DNA of 64,000 bases from Raillietiella orientalis (GCA_036172245.1 JAYWIR010000009.1:2852001-2916000), one strand, 5' to 3'. Positions 39,839-54,800 are shown, counted from the first letter of the stretch. Program-made: numbers and translations. Notes: a model not told the origin generated them from the sequence alone.

Positions 39839-42800
39839 CTGGCTCGGCGTACATCTCAGTTGAGAAAACTTCATACCCGTTGGACAGTCGTGCTGCCGGT
39901 CATCTGACGGGGAACAGAGTGAATTCTTCCTTCTCTCCAGAAGTTGAATCTTCGGAAAGTCCATGCTCATTCTTCATTGATCTCGTTACCCTTCCAGTGC
40001 TCTTCCGTGCGTTCTCTGGTAGAGCTGGAGGACGACTCTTTTGTGATAAGTCTTTGAAGAAGTTACTTCTCTTCGTGCTCACGCGCCTTCGTGAATCGAA
40101 ACGTCCTAACGTGCTCGCAGCATCATGTGTCCTCCCACGTCACATAAACAGCATCCTCATGCAGGAGTCGGGCGACTTGTTGCGAGGCGTCGTCGCACCA
40201 TCAGTGAAAGAGGAAAGCATCCCTCGCACCTCATTTTCGCCCGCTCTGCCTATTGATGGAAATGCAACGCGGCCTGACTTTTGTCTCTACTCTTGCAGAG
40301 TAAATACTCTTAAATCACCGTGTTGAGAGGTTTCCGCTGGCGCAATTTGTGCAATCGGCGCTTCTCCGCCCTGTGTGCTTTGCCGTCCATCGACTTTCAG
40401 AACGAATCCCATTTCTTCAACAAGGAAATGCAGCGATGAGTAGGTGGGATTCGGTGATTTTAAGCGCTCATTCTTCCATCTAAAGCGTCTGTTGTTGCTG
40501 ATGATTGCATTTGAGGCAAGGACACTCCTTTGTGACGATCTCAGCTCTGGATACTCTGGAAGCTACGAACTTGTTTTTCTTCTTTTGCACATCTGGTTGT
40601 TGCTGCTTTGTCCCACCCCTGCAAAAATTTGCCAGCAGCTCCCACAAGAAATGTGTTCCTGTCTGGAGCACTTTCACAGTCTTGCGATTTGGTTCGAAAC
40701 GGGATCGCGAGAGCTGGTTGTTGTGTGTTTCCTCCGGAGTGCACGTTCGTGTGTCCTTCATCATCCCTTCAGGGCGATCTCTTTCGGCAACGTCAGTCGA
40801 GTTTCTCAGAAGAGCATCAAGTTTACCCCAGATCGGAATCGGTCGCAAGCTTCTGGTGGTTTGGCGCGGTTTCGCACCCCGTGCCGCACGCCACTCTTGC
40901 AGCTTTCGTGTTCCACCGAAGATTCGATCCCACTCTCAATCACGAGCTTTCTAACATCACGCGTCGACGTCTGGCGTGCCACCGGCTTCGTTCACGGTTG
41001 CCTTTCAGCGATTGGGAACTTTCTTTGGCATTCCCCTTGTGCATTGCAACGGATCTTGCGGAGTCATCACGGGGGTGGTCGACCTGTCCTTTTCTGCCTG
41101 GTCCGTATTACTCGGGGAAGAGCTCTTGTCTTCGGCCATCCCCAAGTCATCGGTGAGGATTCGTTGAGGGTGAGGCCATCGGATGCTGCCGAGGGGGAGG
41201 TCTGCTACCCTGTGCTCATCAATACATGGCATGCCGCGCACCTTCTCGGCGCGTGGGAAGGTCTTTGCTCTCTCATTTCTGAGCCGTTTCTTGCGCCTAA
41301 GCTAAGTCTAGCAGTAATTGATTTTGTCGTCTGCTTCTCTTCACACTCCGATTCGATTCCTCGCGCCTTGCCATGTGAACGCTACAGCACGTGTCTTCAG
41401 CTGTTTAGGGATTTGAGGTCGAGCAGGACGCCTCCGTATGGATTGCCCTGATTTTTCTTCTTCTTTTGCTAGCTCTCACCACGAGGATCTTCTCGCCTCA
41501 TAAACGGACTTGTTTATTTATAGAAATGATCGAGAGAAAGGCATTAGAAACGAAGCAAATGAGATGCTCATGTGTCTCCGGGAAGGCAGGAACTTGGCAA
41601 AACTTGCCGGGTGAGAGGCGTTCGCTAAGTTTGAGATGCATCCCTCTTCGGCTTTCGCTTCTTCTGCACTTTTCTCTCCTCTTTCATTCTTTTCTTTCTT
41701 TTCCAGCGCATTTGAAGTTATAATGAATTGCATTGTGAGTTTGAACTTCTTCGAAACTGTCACCTTTGTTTGTTAAGCTCTTAGCTAAATGAACTGAATT
41801 TGAAAGACAGCACCCTTCCGCCCTGCCTCTATCGGATTTTCATCACTGTGTTGCCGCAGTTTCCGGTGGCCACCAACGCATCCACGTGTCAACAGCGAGA
41901 TACATCGCAAGCTTTATCAAGTGGAAAGGTGAACCACTGGCTATTCATTTGGTCGACATATTGCGTGCCTCCTTTCCTCCTCGTTAGTAATGCTCTTAGA
42001 ACTTCTCTTCGGAGACGTTTTACGGAACATTATGGATCGCGCATTCGTGGTCATGCTGAGCAGTGTCCTCTGGGTACGCAAAGTACCAAGGTCCACTTGC
42101 AGTTGTTTCCCTAAATCTGGGAATCATCCATCAGTGTTCGCTCCGCCCACGCCGCAAAGCCGCTTATGGTGGTGGCGCACTTCGTCTCCACGCTGCTGAA
42201 GATGCGTGGAGGTGCATTTTTAATGGTCGCATCGAATGTACAAACGGGCCCAATTCCCTACTAATTGTGACTAAGCATGTAACGAACAGTCGACTTTTCG
42301 ATCTCTTAACACTCCAAGCTGCGTTTCCCGTCGAGGCTTCATGAATGCCACGACTTTTGCGCATCCTCGCATCCACTAATCTTCCTTTGTTTCCATGGAG
42401 TTGTATTATTTGTAAGCCAAATTAGTGTGCCCTTTTCGCCGTCAGCAGCAGCCTTCCCTCTTTTTTTCGCCTTTTTTTTGTCCTGGAAAACGAGAATTTT
42501 GGGTACATGTGTTTGTTTTTTTTATCCTAGCAGTGTTTTTATTTTATTTTTTGGTTATAGAGAAGATGGGCGCACCTCTTTCGGTTGGGTACTCAGTCCC
42601 GGTGTGGTAAACAGTGTCAAAGAGATTATTTTTGATTGATTTTCTTTCTTACTGACATTCTGGTTTTCTTATCGGTTCGTTAATTCGTAAATATTTGTTT
42701 TTTTTTTCTTTTTTTGTTTTTTTTTCCTTTGCGTGTTTTTTTTGTTTTTTACAGCGATTTTAAGTGTACTACTTTTAGTACCGTCCATCCTTGCCTCGAA

Positions 42801-45800
42801 ACCAGCTCCTTCTTCCTGGTTTAGCAAGCACTTGAGCATGTGTGGTATGAGACCGTGCTCTTGAAATTCGTCTGATGGTCTTCTTTTTTTTTTTTGAGAG
42901 AGAGAGAGAGATGCATCGGTTTGGTGCCCGACTTCTGGCCCGCAGCTTTCTGAAATTCATCTCTTGGAATCTTCTAGAAGTGATCAGGACTGTTGTAATT
43001 TAAACCTTAAAGGTTCTCCTAGCTGCTTAAGGAATTTTTTTAGAACCCCGGAGTCGTCATAGGAAACGCTTCCTTTCCTCCTTGCACGCGCCCTACACTC
43101 TTGAGTGACTGTTACGAACTCCCACGCGATAGTCAGGGAGCTCCCTACTTAGTCAAACTCCTAAGTAGGCACAGCGTCGCACTGTCTGTTTCGCTCCAAC
43201 GCGGATCCATCTCCAGCCTCCTCGAGTCTCCAGCGGAGATGCGCACTTTTTGATCGATGACGTTATCTGCCGGAGCAGATAAAAATTTATCTCGGTCGAG
43301 ATTCATGAAGGGGGGATCGAACCCCCCGTGCAAAAAGCGCTTTGATGTGCTCTGGTGGAAATCATTGACTGGTTGTGATGTCTCACCTGATTGGCATCGT
43401 GACGTGCTGTTAGCAGCGTCGTTTCTATGAATGGTTTGTCACGTAATTAGGAACGGACTTTTTTTTGTTCCTGGGGCAGATTCCGAGCTGCGGATGCTGC
43501 TCATCGTGAGGAGATGCACTTTTCGTGAGACCACAACTGCAAGTGTTTTGTGTTAAATGCACTTTGCAGCCGACTGTTATGCGCACTGTGTAGTAACACT
43601 GTTCTGCCTGTTGCAAAATTCGCATAAAGGGAATCCCACATTTATTTTTTCATTATTATTATTGGTGAATTGTCTGCGTTCAGTCCGAGAAGCAATGCCC
43701 GTGGCAGCGCTGAGTTTTGCTCAGATACTCCCTTACTCTTATGCGCCATCATAGACTATACAACTGCTCCGTGAAGAGTCATAGGAAAGCATTTTCTTTG
43801 GTTTGAGTGTTCTGTCGGTCAGACATCGAGGCACAACGAAAATGCTGAGATGCTTTTTCTTGCTGAAGGGAACTCGTTGCAGTTGAACTCTTCCCCCCCC
43901 CCCCCCTCCCCTCTTCAAGAAGCAAGTTTGGAGCTTTCGTAGCGAAGAGCAACTGATCATTTGGATCTCAGCTGCGCATTTTTACATCTGGTATTTCCTT
44001 TCCAGGTTTCAATCGCAGCCTTCCAGGATATGCAACGTACAAACTGGAAGGCGATGCAGATAAAGGGGAACATCATTTGAGGATTTCTAATGTTTCCTTG
44101 GAGGACGATGCCGTGTACCAGTGTCAGGTTGGTCCGTCGAAGGCTCAAGGGCATCAGCAGATTTTGGCAGAAGGAAAACTAGTCGTACTTTGTAAGTAGC
44201 GAGCATCATTTCTTAATTTCTGCTGTGGTTGTTGTTCCACCGAAAGGGAAAGTGATGCAATACGGTTTCCAGGCCAGCAGCCACGGTTGCTGCTCGGGAT
44301 TTGCTAGTCCGGTGTCGTATTTTTCCTTTTCCCTCTAAACGGGGCGTTGCTTTCCGTTCGAATGCTCATGTGTCATTTCGGGAGTTTTTTGGAGCTTCTC
44401 GTAGAAAGCGTTCTGTGGGGAGGGATCCCACTGCTCTCCAGAATCGGAAGACAGGGAGCGCGGTTTCTCAGCGGCAACCGTGATTAAAACGAACGTGGGA
44501 ATGCTCGACTGTTGCTGGTGAACGAATGGGAAGTTCTTTTCTCGGGAGCGTTGCAAGAGTGCTTCCGGTGTGGCCGCTTCCATATTGAAAGAGAGGTGTT
44601 TCTTCGGGATCAGCGATCTTCGTCGTAAAGTTGTCTTTCATTAAGCTGCGTTGATCTGCTTGTACCTCCTAATCTTCCAGCAGAAAAAAAATAAAAATAA
44701 AAAATTCGTCTTTCTTCATGAGAACCGATGCAGTTGATCCCATTTGTACGCTTTATTCTTCCTATGGACGCAAAACTTTATCTCATCTTCGTGAGCAGCT
44801 GCAGAGGCTGGTGTGAGCTTTAGGATCCGTGGATCGTCATCAGCCACCTTTCATTCGAGGGTTTCTTGCAGAGACTCACACGCCAGTGGTCAGCGAAGTT
44901 TCCGGGAGATTCGAACCGAAGGATATGCGGCCGACGAGCTCCTCTTTGAGGAGGGAGATTCGCACCGCGAGAGATTTTTCGGAGAACACGAAGTGCTGCC
45001 TGAAAGCAGAACGCCTCCCTCTTTGCTTCATGCGAAGCCGAGCGCGCCGTTCCAGCATCCTCGGATGATGCAAATTGAGATCGGATGTTCGACTTGAATT
45101 CGAGCACCTTCGAAAATCTCCAACATCAAGTATTTGGATAGTGTGGTGGTCATCTGCGCGTGCCAGCCCTGTTCCAGTGCCTTAGCAAGAAATTCCATGT
45201 CTAAAAGCAAAAAGGATCCGTTCTGGTTGTGGCGGTGTGGTTCTTGAATTTCGCAAGTGCACTTTCTGAGGCTGCAGACAAGGAGAACGGAGGGCGTGTA
45301 GCAGGAAGATGATAAGTATTGAGAGAAAAAATCTGAAACCTCTTTCTCCGATGGGTTCGAATTCCGAGTTCCTCTTTTTATGAGTCTTTCTTTTGTTCAA
45401 AAGAAACACCATAGATAACTTTTTTTTTTTTTTTTTCTTTCAAAAGCAAAAAAGTCAATTAGGAAGATTATTTCTTTGATGATGGACATCAGTTTGTAAC
45501 ACTGGCAGAAATCTTTAGAAGTAGATGCTCTGGGGGAGGAAGAAGCGTTGTGGCCGTCACTGTGGTTTCCCGACTTGAGGATGGGATTGTTTGAACCACC
45601 TACTCTTTCAGTAGGCTGGAGGCGCACCTGAAGCACTCGGGGACCCTTTCCGGGGAAGGACGTTAAGCATTCCAGGAGGCCAGCAACGTGAAAACAAAAA
45701 TGGGTCGGGATGTTCCCGAGCTCGTGGGGCGCAGCACCCGGGTGCCTGTTGCAGGAATTCGGAAATTTCGGGTTCAGAAGAACATTTCATCTTCTTCTTG

Positions 45801-48800
45801 TGTCTTGCAGATGCACCAAGACCAGAATTTTCTCTCCACAGTGTTCTTCGTAGGTCACATTTCCGTCTTCTGTCACGTTGAGTGCTTCTAAAATTCTTCC
45901 GATCCATCCGCTGTTGCAAAGGCGGAGCACCTTGTCCCGATTTGATGGACAGCTGACGTTGGAAACTGAAGTGTTACCCGAAAAGCGCGCGCTTTGTTCG
46001 CGTTTCATGGAGTCGGAGGAGTGTGCAAAGACGCGCGGACTCTCCACGAGAAGAAAACGCAGATCCACACGCAGATGAGGCTCTTCGGAAGCTGCGGTGT
46101 TCGCACACCGGATTACACGTGTCCTGTGTTGCAGCAGAGGACGCGAGCGGCCACGGACACGTTGGAGTATCGCCTGCCTCGCGAGTAAATCGTTTAAGCC
46201 CGTCGCGATCTGCCCGGAACTCAACTTTTCGTCGAGGCTCGAAGACGGAGCAGAACCGGGGAAAAGCCGTAAGGTTTCGGAGAACTCGTCAAACCGCCTG
46301 TGATTTATGGGAGCATCGTGACGGGGTGAAAACTGCGCGTCGGTGGTTCTTCTGCTCCAGGCCTCCTCTCTGCAGCCCGCGTGAAGAAGGAGCCAGCCAG
46401 CCGCGTCTCCCCGCGCCCACCGGAGCGAACTTTCTTCCCTTTTTTTTCCTTTCCACACGACCAGCGACTTCTAAGAATCAGTCCATCTGTTAATCAGTTT
46501 TATTTTGAGAGAGTTCCACCAGGAATCGGATTTTCCTTTCGCGTCTGGGAAATTCGCTGTGGTCAGCGTCGGAATTGCCCCCCTCCCGAGACGTCTTTCA
46601 GCTGCCGGTAAACCGTCGACGATCGGAAGCGCCGCGAATTTTTCGTTTGCCTCTTTGCTTTGGCAAAATCATTTCGGTCTGCTCTGTTTGGGTGGGATTC
46701 CTGGAATGCTCATCTCCGGATTCTGCGTGGCGGGTGACCCTCTCAGTGGCGTGGAACGGGGGCCTTCTAAGGGGTTCGTCGTCGACTTGCGCGGCTTTTG
46801 TTTCTCATCTTTTCTCAGGGGGACGGCGGTCAGAGTGATGGCAGCGTGGTTTTCCGTGTTGGTTTCGGTCATTCGACCGCGCGCTGCTTCGACCACGTTG
46901 TCGAGTTTCGGTAGTTTCCAAAGTTGAGCCACACGCGTTGCGAGTGGAGCTCTTCAGGTCGGTGATCGCCTCGAAACAGAGAGCGTCTTCCCAGTTCCCT
47001 GTTCCCGTTCTTCCAGCCCAACAGCCTGCTTCTCTTGGGCACCGACTTTCAGCGCTTAATTATCGAATCGGCCGTCGCCTCATTTTTCGTGTGTGGACAA
47101 AGTGTTGACGCACGGATCTTTTAAACAGGAAAAAGTGAGCATCATTTGACTCGGGGAGGGACGGTAGGGGGGATGGGGGGAGATGGGAACCAACGCAGTG
47201 AGCATCACGGAGCTCTCTGCATGGCACGATCCGTGCGTGACACCATCACAATGTTTTGGTTTTTTCTCTTTAATTGAGTCATTATGTTTGTAATCAAATG
47301 AGTTGGTGCTTTAGCTACATGTTCATGATGCATATTGTTTATTTATATGTATACATATTTTTTTTAATTTATTTTCATAGTGCCCCCCTTAACCATCCAA
47401 ATTACTGGTAGAAGCGACGGAGAATCTATCGATATTCCAGAAAACACCCCCGTCTATTTAGAATGCATTGTCACAAACGCCAAACCGGCAGCCACGATTA
47501 AGTGGTACAAAAACAGCCAAGAAGTCTTTTTCGGTGGGTCAACTCTCCTGCTTGAGATTCCTTTTTTTTTCTTTTTTAATGCCAGGAAAGTGGAAAACCT
47601 TTCGCATTTTGAATTTGATTTGAATGTTTTGTTTTGTTTTGTTGGTCAGCCTTATGCCCCGCTTGGAAGAAGGCCATTCCCGTCGCCACCGGTCAGAAGA
47701 CGAACGTGTGTGTGGCAAACGATCGCTACGGTTTGTTTGGGGCTCAAATCGATGTTTTCAATTTTCAATGCCCCCTCCTCCCCCCCCCCCCACACACACA
47801 CACAAAAAAAAAAAATGGAATTCGCGCGATTCCTCCCGAATTATCGTCTTGCTTAAAAATTCACGAATGCTCCAGATTGAACTGAGCCCGCTGCAGCCCT
47901 GTTGCGGATTTTGCATGCTGCTGCCACCAAATGTTTCAGATGTGATTACAGGCCACATCGATCAAAAATTTCAGATGAGCGTGTCAACTGTCTTCCGTAG
48001 TAAATTCGAAGATTCTATTAGCATGGATTTCATCCCCCGTGCGAGGTTTCCGATCGTTTGCGAAGATTGCGCCGTGTGCAGTTTTTTTTTTTTCTTTTTC
48101 CAGCGCGTAGCCTTCTTGCTGTCTGTTGTCTTCGCGGAAACGCGCGCGCTTTGATCATTCCAGATTGATCCAGATGGAGGGGGGGGAGGGAGGGGGGAAC
48201 GACCACGGGTTCCGAGCGCAGCATCCGCGTTGTCGCTTCGCAGCCACCTCTCGAGAACGTTCCGCGCGCGCTCCGAACGCGATCACTTTCGCTTCCGGTT
48301 TCCCGCGCAGCATCCCTGGAATGCGCCCGCTGGACCCGGCTCGCCTTTTCACTTACTGAAGCGGCCAAGGAAACCGGCGCGCGCGAAACCTAAGGTGCAA
48401 TTCCTGTTTCCATCAGGGATAATCTCTTCTTCACTCTTCCTCGAGGAGGGAACGGGGAGCCAGAAAGCGCGAAGAAATTGGCTCGCAGCTCTCCTGGACC
48501 TCTCGCTATCTTGTTTTAGATTGGATTCACAGTCGCTGCCCCACATTCACCCCCGATCGAATGCGAATGGATGACCTTTGAGTTAATTCCGAAAGCCACT
48601 TTTTTCTTCTTCTTTTTCCCCTCCATTTATGTGTGTACGCGTTCATTATCGGAAAATTCAAGGTGAAATTACGTAACTGTACGGAAGCGAGCATTCGAGA
48701 TTTCCTCTAAAAACAAAAAAAAAAAAAAAAGGAAAAAGAAATCGGAGGAAAATAATGCTGACGTTCGTAACGCAGCAGAAATGGATTTGAAACGAATGGC

Positions 48801-51800
48801 TTAGCCCAATGCCGCGTGAACTTCTTTTGGTTTCCATGGCAAAGTATTTATCGCTCGATCAGTGTCCGTATTATTAGGAATGTATCTTAATAAAATGTTC
48901 ATTTAACCTAATGAAAAATGAGGGCAGCTATGGAAAGAGTCGAAAGGATTTTTATTGTTATTGATTTCTGGACTTATAGGAGCCGCTGTATCTAAGGCAT
49001 GCTATTTCTCATGTGTTGCTGCGAAACCCCGCACGAGTACATCATTTCTGCTGTTGCTCTCGGATGCAGGTTTTGTTTGATGATGGTATCTCCAGAGGTA
49101 ATTTTGGTTTTCCTGTTTCACCGTAACAACGTGGGAAGGTCCGAACGGCAACCTGAAGACCGCCTCGCCAGCCAAATCTTGCATTTTATGGTTCACTTGG
49201 TGCAGGCTGCCCAGGAGGCCACTATCAATCGGAACGGGGACGTCGGCTGCTACCAAGGAAACCGCATGGGTTGAGTAGGATGGATTTCCGTGTCAGGGGA
49301 GAATTCCGCAAGCCCGAGATGAGGGTGTCAGGTCCAGCATCCAAGTAAACAAAGTGATTTCGAGCAAAAATTAGAGGATTCGGTAACGGTAGCCGTAATC
49401 TGCAAAGCGATGTTCCGAGCGAAAACCTCCCATCTCGGGAGATCGGATACCGTATCGCAATTTGACGATTTCACGATGCTGGAAAGTCGTTACGGATCGG
49501 AGCGTGTGCTGCTACCTGAGGAAGAATTCGTCCCGCAGGGCGCCCGTCGAGGGAGGAAGAAGTAAGGGGTGCTCGCCGCTCGAATGCCATCGTGAGGGAC
49601 GCCGTGAGCCCAACCGAAAGAAAGGCCAGGGATGCGCAGGTACTCGCTCACTCGGAGGGAAAGCGAGAATCGAGAGAGGAGAATTTCGTCAAGCTTGTCC
49701 AGCCGCTGAAACGCGAGACCCATCCACAGGAAGCGCGAATCCAGCGCTTCCCAACTTTCCAGTCTGTGGGTTTCGGGTGTCGCGCGCAACAAGTCTTGCG
49801 GTAGGTCGGAGGGACTCGCGTCACCGAATGCGGTATTCGCAGGGAAGATTAATATGCCAACTAACAGTGGACACCTTTGGTGTTGTCTCCAGCGTGTACT
49901 CGATTCAAGAGAAACAGCACGCCGTTTGCTCTCACACGGTCCATCCGTTTGAACTCGGATTTCTCACGCCACGCTCTTTCCTTGAATGCGCGCAGGAAGG
50001 CTTGCAAAGCAAGAAGAAGGACGAGGTTTCGAAAACTCTGGTTCTTGTTTTTTCTCCCAGGTCGAAACGTTTGTCGAAATTACTTTTGCTCGTGCGAGTT
50101 TACTCAGAATATTCGTGTCCCGCCGTTGAACTCGCCACGCAACCACAGGAATCCTCTGTTTCCATCTTCAGGCGATGGCTCAGTACACAAAGCAGCTGAC
50201 TCTTGCAGAGAGAGTATGAATCAAATTAAAGAAAGAAAGAAAAAGAAAAGAAAAAAAAAAAAAACACGCAAGGTAGTGGTTAGAAATCAATCCAAAACAA
50301 ACGTTGTTGTTGTTGTTTTTTCCCTTCATTTTATGGCTTGTTTTATTGATGAGTAAAAAACCAGATTACACGGTTCTTTGAAACAACTTGAAGATTTTGC
50401 CATTATCCCTAATGTAGGAAAGTCCAGTGGCACTTCTTCAGTGTTAAATTTTCTGTCAGAATCGTGACTGTCCAAGGCTGAAGCTGCAATGTTTCAGAGC
50501 TACCCTCCTTGAATGTATCATTTGGATTGCTGATTTATGGTATCTCGTAGATCTGTCCTTTGTTCTTCTCTTTGGTTAGTTTTGTTTCTCCAAAAATAAA
50601 ATTCCTTCCTTTTTGCTATGCCGATACTGATGCTGCGTCGAAGGCATTGTGTTCATTTTAGCACAAAAGTGGCAGAAGTGCACTGCCGTCTTTCATGGAC
50701 ATGGGAAGCCCAGTTCTTGATAGGAGCTTTTGAGTCATCCTTGTCATTAACAAGATCTTTCTAGGAAGCACAAATGCTGATTGGATGCGTGCTGTATTGG
50801 AAAATTCAATCTCGAGTTCTGCTGACTGCTGCGGTGATTCCCTTCGTTCGGCTCGCTTCTCGTCCTGCTTAGGTATTTCGTTTCTACCAGTGGCTCATTC
50901 AGGAAGAGGTCGAAATAAGCCGCTAATTGCAGCTCTTTTTTCCGGTTGGGGCTGATCAAACGCGGGATCGGCCAAAGCTGGAAGCAGGAACTGGGAGACG
51001 GAGCGCGGACTCGACTCTTTCGGAAGCTCCACAACTGTCTCCGTTTGCAGCATCGCTATTGTCAGATTCACTTGCAATCTTCGTCCATCCCAGCCAGCTG
51101 TGTTTGGTTTTCAGAGCAGGAGGTACGGATCTTGTTTCGGATCGCAGGCTCCGTTGAGAATGAAGCTCTGCCCGCGCTGAGTCCTTGGGATAGTGCCGAA
51201 CGCAGGAGCTGAAATCAGCCTCTTCTCTGGACGCCGGAAGGAACCATCACAACATCTCCAATGTTTATTGGTTCTGCACGGCGCATAACGAAATAATTGC
51301 CATTATCTAAAGCAGTGCGACGTTTCTGTTGCATCTTTTTTTTTTTTTCCTTTTCCTGCGGTTCCGGTGGCAAACGTATCTTCTGGTCGCATCTCGGCAT
51401 CGCCTTGAAGCTTCATTCACTTTCTTCGGGAAAACCTCCGAAAGTTGGGCACTGCTGGCAAGTAAACGTAGCAGCATGGATGACCAGTGTAGAACTGTGT
51501 TGTGGATTGGGGATGTGCTCCCAGTTTCCCCTCAGAGAAGGATGGAAGAGATGTACCTCCCTGCCGTGGAGAAACACAGAAGAAACGAGAGAACGGCATT
51601 TGCTATTGGCTCCCACGGGTGCGGATAAAAGTTTCGGCACTCGTCCGGTTCGTGTTCTGAGATGTGGTGTTCTGGGATGCAGCACCCATGAGACTAAGTG
51701 GATTTGCGTTTGCCCCCCCCGTCGGTCCCAGGGCATTGGATTAGCGAAACGCGAACACTTTCACCTTGTCGCCACGCGTTCCGTGGTGTTTTGTCAAATG

Positions 51801-54800
51801 GGGTGAAGTAGGGATGGTCTTGCTTTGGTCACTTTCCGAGGGGATTTGCAGAAGGACTTTTCAAAGAAACGATTGCAAAGAAGGCAGTGACTATGGGAGC
51901 TCGAACGGAAGAGGAGGGAGCCCATAGTCGAGTTGGCTGATGGCGAGGAAAGAATAACCTGAGGTTGAAAATGTTCCACTTATCGGAAAGTGTTGAGGAT
52001 GTATGTAATGTTCTTCGGAAAGCGCATGCGGAAGATGGTAAAGATGCTTTTGCTGCTCCTGCAAGCGGGTGCAGTGCTTACGCATCGGCGAGGAAAGCGA
52101 AGCTGATGCCCTTCGTTCCAAATGGTGCTCGCACACTAAAGTTGCTCACTTGAGTCGAAACCTCGAGTTGCAGCTAATGGTAGATTTTACATCTTCGGCA
52201 CAACCCTTTATTAAGCAGCGATTACCCTCGGCTTAAGAAAGCCGCAAGAACGCCATTTCGAATTCTACGTCATCTTAGCGGAGGATAGAAATGGAAATTA
52301 CTTTCTGGAAAACTGGTCGGATTTCGGGAGAAGCGTCTGTGTACTGCTGTTGGATCGAAGTGATACACAATTAATAAGGGGATCCTGCTCCCTTGCATGC
52401 AGAAGTAGTTGCCGTCGCCTGGTAACGTTGAAAGAATTGGCGTCTTGTGCTTCTCGAGTCATGTGGGATAGGGATGTAGATTGGTTGCGCAGCCTTTTCT
52501 TAGCTTTTCAGGTTGAGAAAAGGCTGCCCAATGAGTTGTGACACAGGCAGTGTCGCTCGTGAGACTCCATGGGTGGAAAAATGACTACGTGAAGGCTTTC
52601 CACTTGTTTTCGAGATTCTAATCCAAGAGGAGTGTAGTGTGCATCGGGGAAGGCGCTGAATGATTTGTTAAGCAGATTTTCCTATTCGCGTGCTTGAAAT
52701 CCTGAATTGTTGGAATGCCTTTCCAGAACCTTCTGCGACGGAAACAAAAGAAGGAACCCTGCCCAAACGTCAGAATACAAGGAGCCGAATTACTGTCATC
52801 CCTCGTGCTTCCGACGACAAGTCCACTTACACTTGCACTGCCTACCACCCGGCTCTTCCGAGCGCCATGAGCTCCTCGGTAGTTCTGAACGTCTTCTGTA
52901 AGTACAGCTCCCCCCATCTAGCCCGACATCGCTGATCATCCGAACGGTTTAGATCCCCCCGGAGCTCCGGAAATAATCGGGTACAGCGATGGAGAAATCA
53001 TAAAGATCAATGAGTCGGTGACGTTGACGTGTCGATCGCGTGGCGGAAACCCCCTGGCTCAGCTTATCTGGTCGAAGAACGGAAAACAGATCGACTTCAG
53101 TTATTCCACTTCCGGGAAAATGTCCACGAACAGCTACACTTTCAAAGCCGACGTCTCGGACGACAACGCCACATACCGCTGCGAGGCGAGCAATAAAATG
53201 ACGTCTTCTGCGTTAGAGGCCGCCGTGAGGTTGTCGGTGAGATGTGAGTCTTGTCGAGGCTGCTGAAAGGAGAGCGGGTCACCCGTGTTCTCTCTGTTTA
53301 GTTGGACCTGCCAAGCTCACCATCATCGGAGACAGGAAAGCCCGAATGGGCCAGAGAGTTACTCTTTCGTGCACCACGTCGGTCAGCAATCCGGCAGCCA
53401 AAGTCATATGGATAGTGGACGGGAAGGCGGCAGAAGACAACAACAGCAGCTTCGTGCACACGTCGACCGTCCTTTCTCAGGAGGGTGGTTGGATCACAGT
53501 CAGCAACATAACGCACACCATCGAGCCCGTTGAAAGGAACGTGATGTTCAGCTGCCACGCTTACAACGAAATCATCGGCAAAACGATCATACAGAGTCAC
53601 TCTGTCAGCGTCATATGTAGGTTGCGAGTCGTGATTTCAAGGTTAAGTGCTTTCAATGTGACCAGATCCGCCTTCCGCGCCGTACCTCACCGGATACACG
53701 AGCAACAAACCACTTGTGGCTGGTAGCGTCATCCATCTTCTGTGCAATTCGGACAGAGGGAACCCGCTGGCTACGCTCAAGTGGTTTAAAGGGAGGAGAG
53801 AGGTAAGGTGTGGAGTGGATACGTGTGCATGGGCCATCCTGTCGAACCTTGGCTTGCGCATTCCGTGAGCGCGCTTGGGATTTTCTTGGTTGCGTGTTGT
53901 TCGAGTGTCTGTCACCTGCTGACTCCCTGCTTGGAAATTTGGGGGGGCGTTGGGTCATTCCGCAAGGTGTTGCGAGTTCTCTTGCTTCCCTTGCCTCGTT
54001 CCTGCGTTATACTGCACTGTGGTACAGATCAGCAATATCTTCACCATCTGGCGGGCGAGCGCCAGCAAAGCTCCGTGCAAAATTTCGTTTTTCGGTCTGC
54101 TAATTTCCGAAAAGCGTCCGTGGACAGCTGAAGGCGCTGATCAAAGGTGGGTTTGGAATCCGAGTTTTTGTGAATGGCTTTCCGTGTCTCTCATGACCGG
54201 CTCTTCAAAGAGCAAGTCGTGCACGTTTTCCAGTGACCCTGTCTTTTGAAGCTTAGCCATGCACACATATTTTTTTTTTTTTTTCAAAAAAAAAAAAAAA
54301 AAAAAAAGAAGAAAGAAACAGTTTTTATTGTGAGATCGTTTTGCTTCCGTCAAAATTCGATTCTGCGGATCACGTGACCTTCTCACTTGGGTTCTCCGCA
54401 CCTCACGAAAGCTCACGGATCGAGTTCTCCCGATTGAGTTGACCAGGCGTCGAAAAACTTTGTTGGGTCCCCCTGTCCTTTGATATCTCCGTCTTGATTG
54501 GAAGCACCGATACATTCCATCAAATCGTTCCCTGAGTGACGGAGGTCATTCATGGTGTAGTTCTCTCATGACAGCTCTTTTATTGATCGATCTGAGAAAT
54601 TGCATTGAATCAGGGGGAAGGGAGCTTTACAGTCTCCGCCATCTTTACCCTCTTCCTATCCATGTTTCGATGTTCTCATCGACGAGCTGATGCCCTATCC
54701 CGTGGGTCCAACAGATAGATATCGTGGCCATGCGGGATGTTCCAGGCAGCCAACTCTCATGACCAGCTTCTTAGCGTGGCTTAGCGTACGCATGTCAAAC

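Noticed and set aside
40444..41451. 335-aa + strand ORF
   Set aside because: It has no domain and is better explained as the antisense shadow of a decayed LINE on the minus strand.
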